This document shows positions 23,636 through 35,941 of a stretch of 64,000 nucleotides of DNA, in pieces (position 1 is the stretch's first letter; every line of letters begins with the position of its first letter). A model generated the notes under the pieces. The model was not told the origin of the DNA. It did no database searches and saw nothing but the letters and a program-made list of their open reading frames with translations. Source of the stretch: Malacoraja senta (lineage: Eukaryota); assembly GCA_038087875.1 (NCBI GenBank), contig JAXLNO010000482.1:1-64000 (forward strand). Direction: 5' to 3'. The position numbers were made by a program, and so were the translations under genes.

Positions 23636-24489
23636 AAGGACAAAGGACAAAGGACATTTATTGTCACATACACCAATAGGTGTAGTGAAATTTGACTTGC
23701 CAATGCAGCACACAAATAAAGATAAGACTCAACATTAAATAACTTAACAATAAACATAAAAACATCCCCCCACAATGGTTCCCACTGTGGGGGAAGGCAG
23801 CAAAGTCCAGTCCCATCCCCAGTTCACCCATAGTCGGGGCCTATTGAGGCCTCTGCAGTCGCCGATACGGCAGCCGGATGCTTCAGGCCCTCTCGCCGGA
23901 TGATGAAATTCTGGCGTCGGGTGAACACTCTCAGCGGCCCGGAGTGTCTGGAGCGGCCGCTTCCTCCCAGGAGACCGTGGCTCCCGAAGTCCACGAGCCA
24001 CGCTGGTCGATGCTCCGACTCTGGCGACCTCGTCGTGAGATCCCAGGCTCCGCGGTGTTTAAGGTTCAGCGCCGCCCGCGGCTGGAAGCTTTACAGACCG
24101 CAGACCGCAGACCGCAGCTCCGCGATGTTGGAGCTGGCGGTCACAGCACTCCGGAGCTTGCTGCACGGCGACCCGGGTAAGGCATCGCCCGCTCCGCGAT
24201 GGTGCTTCAGCGCTGTGCCGCTGCCGAAGCTGAAGTCCTGGCCGGTCCCGGCAGGAAAACGCCGCTCCAGTCTGCCCGTAGGCCGCGAGGAAGGGGCGAA
24301 GATACGGCTCGGAGAAAAGCCGCAACTCCGACCAGGTAGGTCCTGAGGAAATAGTTTCCCCCTTTCCACACCCCCCACATAAAAAGACTAAAAGACCTCC
24401 AAAACAAACACTTTTAACTAAGTAAAAATGAAAAAAGGGTGAAAAGACTAACAGCTGCTGGCAGGGCAGCCATACTCGACGGCGCCCCA
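23636..24489 (-). mobile_element. GC/CpG-rich non-autonomous retroelement inserted in a CR1 fragment
   Basis: Minus-strand 5' GGGGCGCCGTCGAGTATGGCTGCC and 3' AATAAA + (GTCCTTT)n tail. CR1 host rejoins across AGAT. Confidence 0.6.
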
Positions 24490-24699
24490 GATGGGTTCGT
24501 CGATGATACAGTACGATGTCATAGATTAAGGGGAGAAGGCAGGAGAATGGGGTTGGGAGGGAGAGATAAATCAGCCAGGATTGAATGGCGGAGTAGACTT
24601 GAATGGCCGAATTCTACTCCTATCACTTATGATCTTACGATATACAGAATAGATTGTTGCAACATTATTTGTTTAGTTTAATTTAGTTTAACCATATAA

Positions 24700-24990
24700 T
24701 ATAACCATAACAGCACGGAAACAGGCCCGTTTATTTTATTTTTTTAAAAATTTAAATTAAAAATAAAATACTTCCCCCCTAGTCCCATCTACCTGCACTC
24801 AGACCATAACCCTCCATTCCTTTCCCGTCCATATACCCATCCAATCTATTTTTAAAGGATAACATCGAACCTGCCTCCACCACTTCCACTGGAAGCTCAT
24901 TCCACACAGCTACCACTCTCTGAGTAAAGAAGTTCCCCCTAATGTTCCCCCTAAACTTCTGTCCCTTAATTCTCAAGTCATGTCCCCTTG
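24700..24990 (-). mobile_element. CR1 LINE 3' fragment
   Basis: ORF 24779..24976. Confidence 0.8.
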
Positions 24991-25040
24991 TTTAGTTTGG
25001 AGCGCAACAATTAGTATCTGAATGAAGACTTTAGATCAAT

Positions 25041-25337
25041 GGGTGGCACGGTGGCGCAGTGGTAGAGTTGCTGCCTTACAGCACCAGAGACCCGGGTTCG
25101 ATCCTGACTACGGGTGCTTGTCTGTACGGAGTTTGTACGTTCTCCTGGTGATATGCGTGGGTATTTCTCTGAGATCTTCAGTTTCCTCCAACACTCCAAA
25201 GACGTAGGTTAATTGGCTTCGGTAAAATTGAAAATTGTCTCTCGTGTGTAGGGTAGTGCCAGTGATCGTTGGTTGGCATGAACTCGGTTAGCCGGGGTGC
25301 CAGTTTCCTTGATGTAGTTCTAAACTAAACTAAACTA
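25041..25337 (+). mobile_element. V-SINE
   Basis: A/B boxes, V-domain, (CTAAA)n tail. Confidence 0.85.
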
Positions 25338-25369
25338 ATTTTCTAGTGTAAGAATTCAGAATAATGGAT

Positions 25370-25830
25370 CTAAGGTCGACACAAAAAGCTGGAGTAACTC
25401 AGCGTGCCAGGCAGCATCTCTGGAGAGAAGGAATGGGTGACGCTTTGGGTCCAGACCCTTCTTCAGATGAAAGGCACAGGAAAGGGAAACAAGAGATATA
25501 GACAATGATGTGGCGAGATGTAAACGAAACAGTCCATTGTTAGCTGTTCGTTGGTTGAAAACGAGAAGCTGGTGCGACTTGCGTGGGGGGGAGGGATGGA
25601 GAGAGAGGAAATGCCGGGGGTTACTTGAAGTAAGATAAATCAATATTCATACCACTGTCCTGTAACCTGCCCAAGTGAAATATGAGATGCTGTTTCTCCA
25701 ATTTGAGTTTTGCCACACTCTGACAAATGAGGCCTGGGACAGAAAGGTCTGTGTGGGAATGGGAAGGAGAATTAAAGTGTTGAGCAACTGGGAGATCAGG
25801 TAGGTCCAGGCGGATTGAGCGAAGGATCTA
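25370..25830 (-). mobile_element. Penelope-like element 3' remnant
   Basis: Same GIY-YIG C-terminal coding remnant (KLEKQHLIFHLGRLQ..GMNID) and pLTR with hammerhead-like core. Confidence 0.65.
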
Positions 25831-25996
25831 AGGGAGATTCTTACCCAAAGAGAGCTGCAAACCCTGAAAGATTATGCATTTTGTATTTCACAGACCAGCC
25901 CTGACGAAAAAGCCAGATGGGAGAGGAGTTTACTTTTAATGCAATGACTTCAATTGATATGGAATTCACAGCGTGAGAGGGAGGGGAGAGATATTC

Positions 25997-26425
25997 TGTC
26001 AACTGCTCTGCCCAGGACAGGAAGGCTCTGCAGAGAGTAGTGCGTTCGGCCGAACGGACCATGGGAACTACACTCCCCCCCCTGCAGGACCAATACACCA
26101 GGAGGTGCAGATCCAGAGCCAGCAAGATCATGAAGGACCCCTACCACCCCAGCAACGGACTGTTCCAGCTGCTACGGTCAGGCAAACGCCTCCGCTGTCA
26201 CGCTGAGAAAACAGAGAGAATGAGACGGAGTTTCTTCCCACAGGCCATCAGGACTGTAAACTCTGATCTCACCGGGGAGTAATTACTGTTGTGTCTTTTT
26301 TATTTAATGTAAATACTGGTTCTGTTCTGTTGTTCTGTTGTTCTGCACATTCCGCAGGTATTGCCACATTCATTTCGCTGCACATCTTGTATGTGTATGT
26401 GACAAATAAAGTTGACTTGTCTTGA
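25997..26425 (+). mobile_element. Rex1/Babar-type LINE 3' fragment
   Basis: ORF 26040..26282. Closely similar to 30735-31220. Confidence 0.85.
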
Positions 26426-27004
26426 GTAGAAACACTCGGTTGGTTACCTTGAAAAGGAAACATTTGCAGAACAAAGAAGGATTGGGAAGTGTGGGACTAG
26501 CTGGCACGGGTAAGATGGGACGAATGGCCTTCTTCTGTTCTGTGTGATTTTACAGGGTAGATATCTTCCATGGTTGCAGGTTCCACTGAATGAAGAATAT
26601 AAATGGAAAGGTAGACCTCAGCGGGCTATGGGCCAAATACAAGCACATGGGACTGGCCCAGAATGCCAACTTGGTTGGCATGGACAAGAGGGGCCGAAGG
26701 GCCTGTTTCGGTGCTGTACAACTCTAGGGCTCCAATGGGACTGCAAACTGTTGTTCACCTCTGTAGTTTAGTTAATCCATTCAGGTCAATTTTCACCTTA
26801 TGATGAACAGTGTATCACAATTTGTGTAGGAAGGAACTGCAGATGCTGCTTTAAACCAAAGGTAGACACAAAATACTGGAGTGCCTAAGCGGGACAGGCA
26901 ACATCTCTGGAGAGAAGGAATGGGTGACGTTTCAGATTGAGTCCCTTCTTCAGACTTCTGACACCATGGCTACGCTTGGCCAGGCCGACCCTGCAACACC
27001 TTCC

Positions 27005-27258
27005 AGCGATCCCCGCACACTAACACTATCCTACACACACGAGGGACAATTTACATTTATACCAAGCCTGGTACGTCTACAAACCTGAACGTCTTTGCAA
27101 TGTGGGAGGAAACCGAAGATCTCGGAGAAAACCCACGCAGGTCATGGGGAGAACGTACAAACTCCGTACAGACAGCACCCGTAGTCGGGTTCGAACCTGG
27201 GTCTCGAGCGCTGCAAGCGCTGTTAAGGCAGCAACTTTACCGCTGCACCACCGTGCCT
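27005..27258 (-). mobile_element. V-SINE
   Basis: B box GGTTCGAACC and V-domain. Confidence 0.8.
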
Positions 27259-27424
27259 CCCTCTGCAGTTCCTTGTTTCTACATATTGAATGCACTGTAC
27301 TAACTTAGCAGAAGCACAAGTGAATTGCATTTCCAGCATCTGAAGTATTTTACTTCTGATTTTATTCCTTTTCGAACGAGTCTAATGTGTATTATGTTGA
27401 GATTGGCTTTTGATTTTTTAATTT

Positions 27425-27552
27425 ATGTATGTACATATATGTTATGTATATGTGTATGTGTGTATATGTGTATATGTATGTATGTATATATGTACATGTA
27501 TATGTATGTATGTGTGTATGTAATTATGTATATATATATATGTATATATGTA
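27425..27552. repeat. (TG/TA)n low-complexity microsatellite
   Basis: tatgtatgtgtgtatatg tract. Confidence 0.9.
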
Positions 27553-27814
27553 ATTTTTCCTTTATTTATTATTCATTTTCATCTTTTCTTTTCTTCTTTT
27601 TTTAATCGTTCGAAATAAAAAGATATCAAATCAAATCAAATCAAATGATTGATGGTCTCCTGACAGTGATTTAGTTGGTTGACTGAATTTAGCTCCAAGG
27701 TATTTCTCAATCCCAGTTTTGCAACAGTCTCTAAGAGAGATTTTAAATGCATGCTTGGTAAATCCTGAGGTAATGGACATTAATGAACCAATGTACATGA
27801 AGGTGTGGGAGAAA

Positions 27815-28165
27815 TGTGCAGGAAGGAACTGCAGATGCTGGTTTAAACCTGAAGATAGATACAAAAAGCTGGGGTAGACAAAAGTGCTGGAGAAACACAG
27901 CGGGTGCAGCAGCATCTATGGAGCGAAGGAAATAGGCAATGTTTCGGGCCGAAACCCGGAAGGGTTTCAGCGAAGGAAATAGGCAACGTTTTGGGTTTCA
28001 GCCCGAAACATTGCCTATTTCCTTCACTCCATAGATGCTGCTGCACCCGCTGAGTTTCTCCAGCACTTTTGTCTACCTTCGATTTTCCAGCATCTGCAGT
28101 CCCTTCTTAAATACAAAAAGCTGGAGTTACTCAGCGGGACAGGCAGCATCACTGGAGAGAAAGGA
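27815..28165. mobile_element. Palindromic Penelope-derived element
   Basis: Inverted arms ggtagacaaaagtgctggagaaac...aggcaa / ttgcct...cagcacttttgtctacc. Confidence 0.65.
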
Positions 28166-29213
28166 GCATGAGGGGCCGGTGTGCTTTGTAACTTTGTCAG
28201 CGCTGTAGGTGGCCGCTATTTGTATACATTGGGTGTGCAAGCAAACCAGTCCTCCGGCTCCTCTCCCCTTCTCAGTGCAGATGGGACCCGGCTGCTGATA
28301 GAGAAGAAGCAGATTCTGGAAAGATGGGCTGAACACTGCAACCAGGTCCTCAGCCGCCCTGCTGCGGTCGACGACGAGGACATTGCCCGCCTGCCTCAGG
28401 TGGAGATCAATCATGACCTTGACAACCCTCCCTACAGAAGAAGAAGCCGGAAAAGGCGATCAAACAAAGCGCCAGGACCAGGTTCAACCCCCTGCTGAAG
28501 TGTACAAAGCAGAAGGCCCAGTCATATGCAGAAACTATTCCAGTCCATGTGGAATGAAGGTAAGGTCCCACAACAGCTGAAAGATGCCAGCATAACCCAC
28601 ATCTACAAGAGGAAAGGCCAACCGCCAATCTTGTGACAATCACCGAGGTGTCTCCCTCCTGTCCGTAACAGGGAGGATCCAGGCTCGCGTTCTGCTGAAC
28701 TGACCTCTCCAACACCTCGAGCCGGGGTCTCCTCCCAGAAAGCCAGTGTGACTTCCGTGCAGAGTGTGGATCTGTAGACATGATATTTGCTGCACGTCAC
28801 ATCCAGGAGCCAAAATGCCAAGAGTAGCACAGTGACCTCTTCATGAACTTTGTTGATCTTACCCAGGCCTTCGATACGGTCAGCAGAGACGTCTTGTGGA
28901 AGATAACGGAGAAGTTTGGCTGTCCCAGCAGGTCCATCACGATTGTCCGTCAGTTCCACCATGGCACGATGGTGAAAGTATTGGATGATGGAGACGGGTC
29001 GGAAGCCTTCCTAGTGACATAACGGCGTGAAGCAAGGCTGCGTTCTTGCCCCTACACTCTTTAGCATGGTCTCCTCCGCCATGCTGACTGATGCTTTCTG
29101 TGACTATCGGGATGGTATACACGTCAAGTACAGGACTGACGGTGGGTGATTCCACCTCAGGTGCCTGCAGGCTGTTACAAAGGTGTAAGAGACCGACATC
29201 AGAGACTTCTTAT

Positions 29214-31236
29214 AGGGAGGTTGCACGCAGTCGAGGTCACGACCTGTGACCCGTACTGTTGCCACGCAACGCCAACTGGAGTACACGCGATGAACTGCAG
29301 GTAGGCACTGACCATGGCTTCCAATGTAACGGACCTGTTAAAAACCGCCAATTTTTACGCTGTAAATAATTATGGAAATCAGGATAAGCGTGAGAGACAT
29401 TTATCCTACTTCAGATTTCCAAAAGTTAGGAGAAATTATGGTAGAGAGAAGCGACAGCTGAAGGGACAACAACAGCTAAAGTGGTTGGCGAACACTGACC
29501 GAGCAGATATCAAGATTGAAAATATTGGGAATTATCACGTTTGCTCGCTGCATTTCATCAACAGTAAGGCATTATTTGTTTTTTTCCTTAATTCCTTTGG
29601 TATCTAAAAAGTTGCAGAAGTGTTAAATCTGGCTGTAATTTTTTTAATCGCCCATGGTTCTCAAGTGGGTTTTTACATGTAAAAAGAAAACGCTTCTGAA
29701 GCAAAATTTATCATTAAAAGAAATCGCAAACCATACGTGGGTTTTGAATTACATTTTACTTAGATGCAAGCCAAGGAATGGCATCATTGTTAGCTGTTAA
29801 TTGGACATAATCAACCTCAGCAAATTGCCAATATCTTTGAAAGGGAGTGGGTTTTAAGCTTTTCAAGACATTTTATTAATTGCCAAAATATACCTCTAAG
29901 AAAACTTACTCTTCTACACAGCACTCGTAAGTCTGGAGATTTGTTTTAATGATAAATTTAGCTTCAGAAGCGTTTTCTTTTTGCATGTAAAAACCCACTT
30001 CAGAACCATGGGCGATTTTAAAATTTTACAGCCAGATTTATCGCTTCTGAAACTTTTTAGATTCCAAGGAATCAAGAAAAAAACACAATATAATGCCTTA
30101 CTATTGATGAAATGCAGTGAGCAAATGCGATAATTGCCAATATTTTCAATCTTGATATCTGCACAGGCCAATGTTCGCCAACCACTTTATCTGTTGTCGT
30201 CCCTTCAGCTCTCGCTTCTCTATTTCTCCTCACTTTTGGAACTCTGAAGTAGGATAAATGTCTCCCACGTTTACCCCGATTTCCACAATTATTTACAGCG
30301 CAAAAAATGACATTTCTGCCTTTTTTAACGGGTAAGAAAGTACGCGTTTCGTGTACTAACAGTGCATACCGGAAGCTGCCATGTCCTCCACATGGATTGA
30401 GCTCCTCCGTGCGTCACGCCCTTTTGACCCGATGACCTTACGTACAACAGCCTCCTCTTGAATGCAAAAAAACTAAGGAGCTGATCGTGGACTTTAGGAG
30501 GGCACAACATCCGAGGACGTGCACACCACTGAGGATAAATGGGGATACTGTGGATAGGGTGAGCTGCTTTAAGTACCTGGGAGTCACATCTCAGGGATCT
30601 GACATGGACATCACACGCTGCTGCACTGGTGAGTAAGGCAAGGAAATTCAGAGTGTCTCTGAGAGATCCTCCAGTGCTTCTACTCAGCGGCTGTGGAAAG
30701 CATCTCGTCCGGAAACATCACAATCTGGTTTGGGAACTGCTCTGCCCAGGACAGGAAGGCTCTGCAGAGAGTAGTGCGTTCGGCCGAACGCACTATGGGA
30801 AACTTCACCGCCCTCCTGCAGGAACTATACATCAGAAGGTGCAGATCCAGAGCCAACAAGATCATGGGAGACCCCTTCCACCCCAGCAACAGACTGTTCC
30901 AGCTGCTACGGTCAGGCAAACGCCTCCGTTGCCATGCTGTGAAAACGGAGAGGATGAGAAGGAGTTTCTTCCCAGAGGCCATTAGGACTGTAAACTCCGC
31001 TCACCAGGGACTAATATAACTTACTGTACCAATTTACTGTTGTGTGGTGTATTTTTAAAATTGCTGTTTTTTCTTCTTTTTTTTCTCCCACAAATATGTA
31101 ATATGTGATTCTGTTCCATTCTGTTTTGTAGTTTTTTTGGCACATTCCGCAAGCATTGCCACTTTTCATTTCACTGCACATCTCGTATGCTTAGTGTGAC
31201 GAATAAACTTGGCTTGACTTGACTTGAACCCCACCT
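29214..31236. mobile_element. THAP-bearing foldback DNA transposon derivative (ISL2EU/PHIS-like), AT TSD
   Basis: AT at 29212-13 and 31237-38. Termini AGGGAGGTTGCACG / (rc) AGGTGGGGTTGTACG. ~390-bp internal inverted arms, each encoding a THAP-like F.RFP...W...CSLHF remnant. Confidence 0.65.
30446..31226 (+). mobile_element. Rex1/Babar-type LINE inserted in the right TIR of the foldback element
   Basis: KELIVDFRR, FKYLGV, ORF 30693..31019 and (GACTT)n tail. AAC on both sides. Confidence 0.85.
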
Positions 31237-31467
31237 ATTCGCTGATGAATCCGCCCTCAACGCCAGCACAGAGCAGGAAATGCAGCACGAAATGGACTGC
31301 CTCTCACGAACCAGCGACCACTTGGGTCCCACCATCAGCGTTAAAAAGGCTGAAGTTACGCACCAGCCTGCGCCTGGAAGGCCCTACCAAGAGCCACCCA
31401 TCACAGTGAAGGAGCAGAACCTACTGGCAGTCGACAATTTCAACAATCTCGGCAGCACACACTCTCA

Positions 31468-31671
31468 AGGGCCTGTCCCACTTGCAAGCGATTCCATGCG
31501 TTTTGTATACATTGGGTATACAAAACCCCCGCGATGTCGGGACCAGCCCCGCACAACTCCGCGCTTCTAAGTGGGACCGGCCCCGCGCGGCCATACGGTG
31601 CCCGTACGCCTCAAGCGACCACGTTTGGTCGCGTCAAACGCATGCAATCGCATGCAAGTGGGACAGGCCCT
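31468..31671. mobile_element. PIF/Harbinger-type MITE
   Basis: TIR AGGGCCTGTCCCACTTGCA, 3-bp TSD TCA. RTE frame rejoins as L-S-R-A-V-N-I-D. Confidence 0.8.
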
Positions 31672-32095
31672 TCACGAGCAGTGAACATAGACGCGGAGCT
31701 CAACAACAGGATGTCCAAGGCCAGCGCTGCCTTGTGAAAATGTTTGGCAGAGGAGAGGACTCAGGCGTTGCCACCAAGATGAAGGTCTACCGTGCAGTAG
31801 TTCTCACTGCCCTCCTCTATCAATGCGTGTGAGACCTGGACTGCCTGCAGCAGACACGCCGAGCAGCTCAACAACTTTCACTCAACCACGTCTCCCCAGA
31901 TTCCTCCACGTCAAAGATCCTATAGCAAGGATCTTTGCTCCACATTAGGTGGCTGGACAAAATCCCGGACACGGAAGTCCTGCAGCGGGCCGGCAACCCC
32001 AGCGTCTTCGGAAAGCCCAAGGCAGATGGGCTGGCCATGTCATCCGAATGCCAGACTATCGTCGGCTGCCAAAACAGCTGTTGTACGGAGAACTG

Positions 32096-32285
32096 TGTTT
32101 AAGAAGGAACTGCAGATGCTGGAAAATCGAAGGTAGACAAAAGTGCTGGAGAAACTCAGCGGGTGCAGCAGCAGCATCTATGGAGCGAAGGAAATAGGCA
32201 ACGTTTCGGGCCGAAACGTTGCCTATTTCCTTCGCTCCATAGATGCTGCTGCACCCGCTGAGTTTCTCCAGCACTTTTGTCTACC
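32096..32285. mobile_element. Palindromic Penelope-derived element
   Basis: 13-bp TSD GTACGGAGAACTG (32083-32095 / 32286-32298) and ~75-bp inverted arms. Confidence 0.75.
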
Positions 32286-32656
32286 GTACGGAGAACTGAG
32301 CAGGCGCTCAGTTGGTGGTGGGCAGAAGAAACGCTTCTAAAGACTGCCTCAAAGTGTCCCTCAAAGACCTTAACATCGATCTCAATACTCGGGGGTCTCT
32401 TCCTCTGGACCGCCCAACATGGCGAAGCAAGATCACCGCAGGAGCGGGTGCGGCTGAGAAAGAAGCGCACACCGCAGAAGCTCAGAGGGAACGAATCACT
32501 TCCACTGCAGCGCCAACCCAACTATGTCCCATATGCGGGCGAGCCTTCCGGGGGCCCCGGGTCCGTCTCATCAGTCGCCTCCGGACCACTGAAGTCATGG
32601 TCTTCTTCGACGCATTGGGTATGCAAGCAAAATAATCTGACTGTGCCTTGTCACAT

Positions 32657-33250
32657 GTAGAAACATATAAAATAGGTGCAGGAGGAGGCCATTCGGCCCT
32701 TCGAGCCAGCACCGCCATTCATTGTGATCATGGCTGATCGTCCCCAATCAATAACCCGTGCCTGCCTTCTCCCCATATCCCTTGATTCCACTAGCCCCTA
32801 GAGCTCTATCTAACTCTCTCTTAAATCCATCCAGTGATTTGGCCTCTACTGCCCTCTGTGGCAGGGAATTCCACAAATTCACAACTCTCTGGGTGAAAAA
32901 GTGTTTTTCTCACCTCAGTCTTAAATGACCTCCCCTTTATTCTAAGACTGTGGCCCCTGGTTCTGGACTCGCCCAACATTGGGGAAATTTTTCCTGCATC
33001 TAGCTTGTCCAGTCCTTTTATAATTTTATATGTTTCTATAAGAAACCCCCTCATCCTTCTAAACTCCAGTGAATACAAGCCTAGTCTTTTCAATCTTTCC
33101 TCATATGACAGTCCCGCCATCCCAGGGATCAATCTCGTGAACCTACGCTGCACTGCCTCAATCACAAGGATGTCCTTCCTCAAATTAGGAGACCAAAACT
33201 GTACACAATACTCCAGATGTGGTCTCACCAGAGCCCTATACAAATACAAT
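32657..33250 (-). mobile_element. CR1 LINE 3' fragment
   Basis: ORF 32821..33360 ([19 protein letters not shown]...). Confidence 0.9.
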
Positions 33251-34012
33251 GTGACATGGTATTCCATTCCATAGTGGTGGGGGAAATGGAATGAGCTGCC
33301 AGAGGAGGTAGTTGAGGTGGATACTGGAACACCATTTAAATGACATTCGGAAACGTACATGGACAGGGAGGGCTCAGAGGGACCTGGGCCAAAGTCAAGC
33401 TTATTGCCACCTGCATGACTTGGATGAGGTACAGCTGCAGCTCATATTCCCAGTGAAAGAACTGGAAGAAACTGTTCAATTGATAATACAAACTATTTTA
33501 AAAGATGGTTTTGAAGTAAGTCAAATGGAAACAATTAAACAAAACTCCAAGATAAGCCTTTTGGAAGTGTTTAGTCTGAATAGGATAAGAAATGTATTTT
33601 GGCAACTCATCTCCAGCACTTTGAGAACATTGGGCATTGTCTATGGAACTGATGCGCTACCATGCTGAGAACTATATTCTGCACTCTGTATCTCCCCCTC
33701 TGCTCTGCCTACTGTACTTGAGTTTGAACTGATTGTACCCAGATATGGTATATCTGATCTGTATGGAGAGCATGCAAAACAAAGCTTTTCACTGTACCTC
33801 GGTACATGTGACAGTAATAAACTTAAAAATCAAAGTAAAATTCTGAACTGGCATGAACTCTTGCAGCCATAACAAAGAACACACATTTCTGCATACGTAG
33901 CATGCTTTGTATCACAAAATCTCTTGCATTTCCATTGGTATCCCGTGTCAAGTTAAGTCCTAGGAGCATCTCTGGAGAATATGGATAGGGAGGCACAGTG
34001 CAGCACTGGTAG

Positions 34013-34470
34013 AGTTCAAAAGTTCATGAAGCTCATAACTTATAGGAGCAGGATTAGGCTATTCGGCCCATCAAGTCTACTCTGCCATTCAATCATTGCT
34101 GATCTATCTCTCCCTCTCAACCCCATTCTCCTGCCTTCTCCCCATAACACCCTGACACCCATACTAATCAAGAATCTATCAATCTCCGCCTTAAAAATAT
34201 CCATTGACTTGGCCTCCACAGCCTTCTGTGGCAATGAATTCCATAGATTCACCACTAAAGAAATTCCTCCTTTCTAAAACTATGTCCTCTTATTCTGATG
34301 CTACGCCCTCTGGTCCTAGACTCTCCCACTAGTGGAAACATCCTCTCCACATCTACTCTATCCAGGCCTTTCACTATTCTGTATGTTTCAATGAGGTCCC
34401 CCCTCTCCCTTCTGAACCCCAACGTGTACAGGCCCAGTGCTGTCAAATGCTCATCATATGTTAACCATAT
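34013..34470 (-). mobile_element. CR1 LINE 3' fragment
   Basis: ORFs 34040..34255 and 34255..34482. Confidence 0.85.
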
Positions 34471-35107
34471 GTCATATGTCAATATTTATTATCAAAAGGG
34501 ACAAACTCCTCAAAGAACATTTGACTCTTTCTACTTTTATTGCAGGGATATTTTGTGTTCCAATTAACTATTCTTACCTACGCCCAAGTTTCATCCTTAT
34601 GCCACTTGGAACAATAACATAATGGTTAAAAGAAAACACAAAGTACTGGAGGAACTCAACGGGTTAGGGAATAGACAGGTGGTGGCTTGATTAGGAAGGA
34701 ACTGCAGATGCTGGTTTAAACCGAAGATAGACACAAAAAGCTGGAGTAACTCAGGTGGGACCGGCATCATCTCTGGAGAGAAGGAATGGGTGACGTTTCG
34801 GGTCGAGACCCTCCTTCAGACTGAGTTGGGTCCCTTCTTCAGAACCCATCTTAGAAATAAAAACAGGTGCAAGAGTAGGCCATTTGGCCCTTCGAGCCAT
34901 TCAATATGATCATGGCTGAATCTGAAGAAAGGTCCCGACCCAATAAGTCGTCTGTTCATTCTCTCCACAGATGCCCCGCTGAGTTCCTCCGGCACTTTGT
35001 GCTTTGCTCAAGGTTCCAGCATCTGCAGTTCCTTAAGTCAACATGATGGTTAGGTTTTGGCTGAAAGCTAAAGTGTCGAGTTCCAGGCAGCCTAGCTCTA
35101 CAAACTC

Positions 35108-35420
35108 AGTGGCACAGCAGGAGAGTTGCTGCCTCACAGCCCCAGAAACCCGGGTTCGACCCTGACTATGGGTGCTGTCTGTACGGAGTTTGCACATTCT
35201 CCCTGTGACCGCGTGGGTTTTCTCTGGGTGCTCCAGTTTCCTCCCACACTCCAAAGACATACAGGCCTGCAGGTTAATTGGCTTCGGTAAAATTGTAAAT
35301 TGTCCCTAGTGAGTAGGATTGTGTTGGTGTAAGGAGGGGTGATCGCTGGTCGACGTGGACTCGGTGGGCTGAAGGGCCTGTTTCCGCGCTGTATCTCTAA
35401 AGTCTAAAGTCTAAAGTCTT
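35108..35420 (+). mobile_element. V-SINE
   Basis: A/B boxes, V-domain, (TCTAAAG)n tail. Confidence 0.85.
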
Positions 35421-35941
35421 AAAAGCAAATTAGAGTGCACCAGCGAGTAAAATGCAGATAATGAAGTTTTCACTGTGTGTCGCTCATTTATGTAACATCT
35501 CAAAATAGCTGTTCACTCCTCTTCTATCCTTGTGACCTGCTCGAGTACAATCCCCTCTGGGATATATATCCCTCCTCTTCCAAATCTATCCTGGTGTACA
35601 TCAAATAAATCAAATCCTCCTTTCAGATTAAATTCCTCCACTAAACTTCTAGCCTTAATATTTATGTGCCTACTGTGCTGTCCGATGGCTAAGATGCACT
35701 TTGAGATGGAGACAAAAAGAATCGCAGATGCTGGTTTACAAAAAAAGACACAAAGTGCTGGAGTAACTCAGCATCTCTGGAGAACATGGAGAGGTGACGT
35801 TTTGGGTCGAGAACCTTCTTCAGATTAATTGAAGAGCTATATGTGTTGTGTAGAGGTGAGGGGATGTATATATGATGAATGCCTTTGTAGTTTGTGCATC
35901 TGTGTATTTGTGCATGATTGTGTGCATTTATTTTCTGTGTG

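Larger units (their letters stand above)
28246..32612 (+). mobile_element. RTE-clade LINE (5'-truncated, decayed) hosting nested insertions
   Basis: PLLSADG...ILERWAEH, FVDLTQAFDTVSR, GVKQGCVLAPTLF, IRDFLFADE, RLPKQLLYGEL, C-terminal CPICGRAF. 19-bp TSD CATTGGGT(G/A)TGCAAGCAAA at 28227-28245 / 32613-32631. Confidence 0.88.

Noticed and set aside
23878..24407. Multiple overlapping GC-rich ORFs / possible CpG-island promoter
   Set aside because: Lies within a dispersed repeat inserted in a CR1 fragment. Long ORFs arise from high GC content.
27325..27618. 97-aa hydrophobic ORF
   Set aside because: Derived from a TG/TA microsatellite and a T-rich tract.
33312..33668. 118-aa ORF partly in unique sequence
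   Set aside because: Starts in a CR1 remnant and ends in a LINE tail. No recognisable protein motif or supported exon boundaries.
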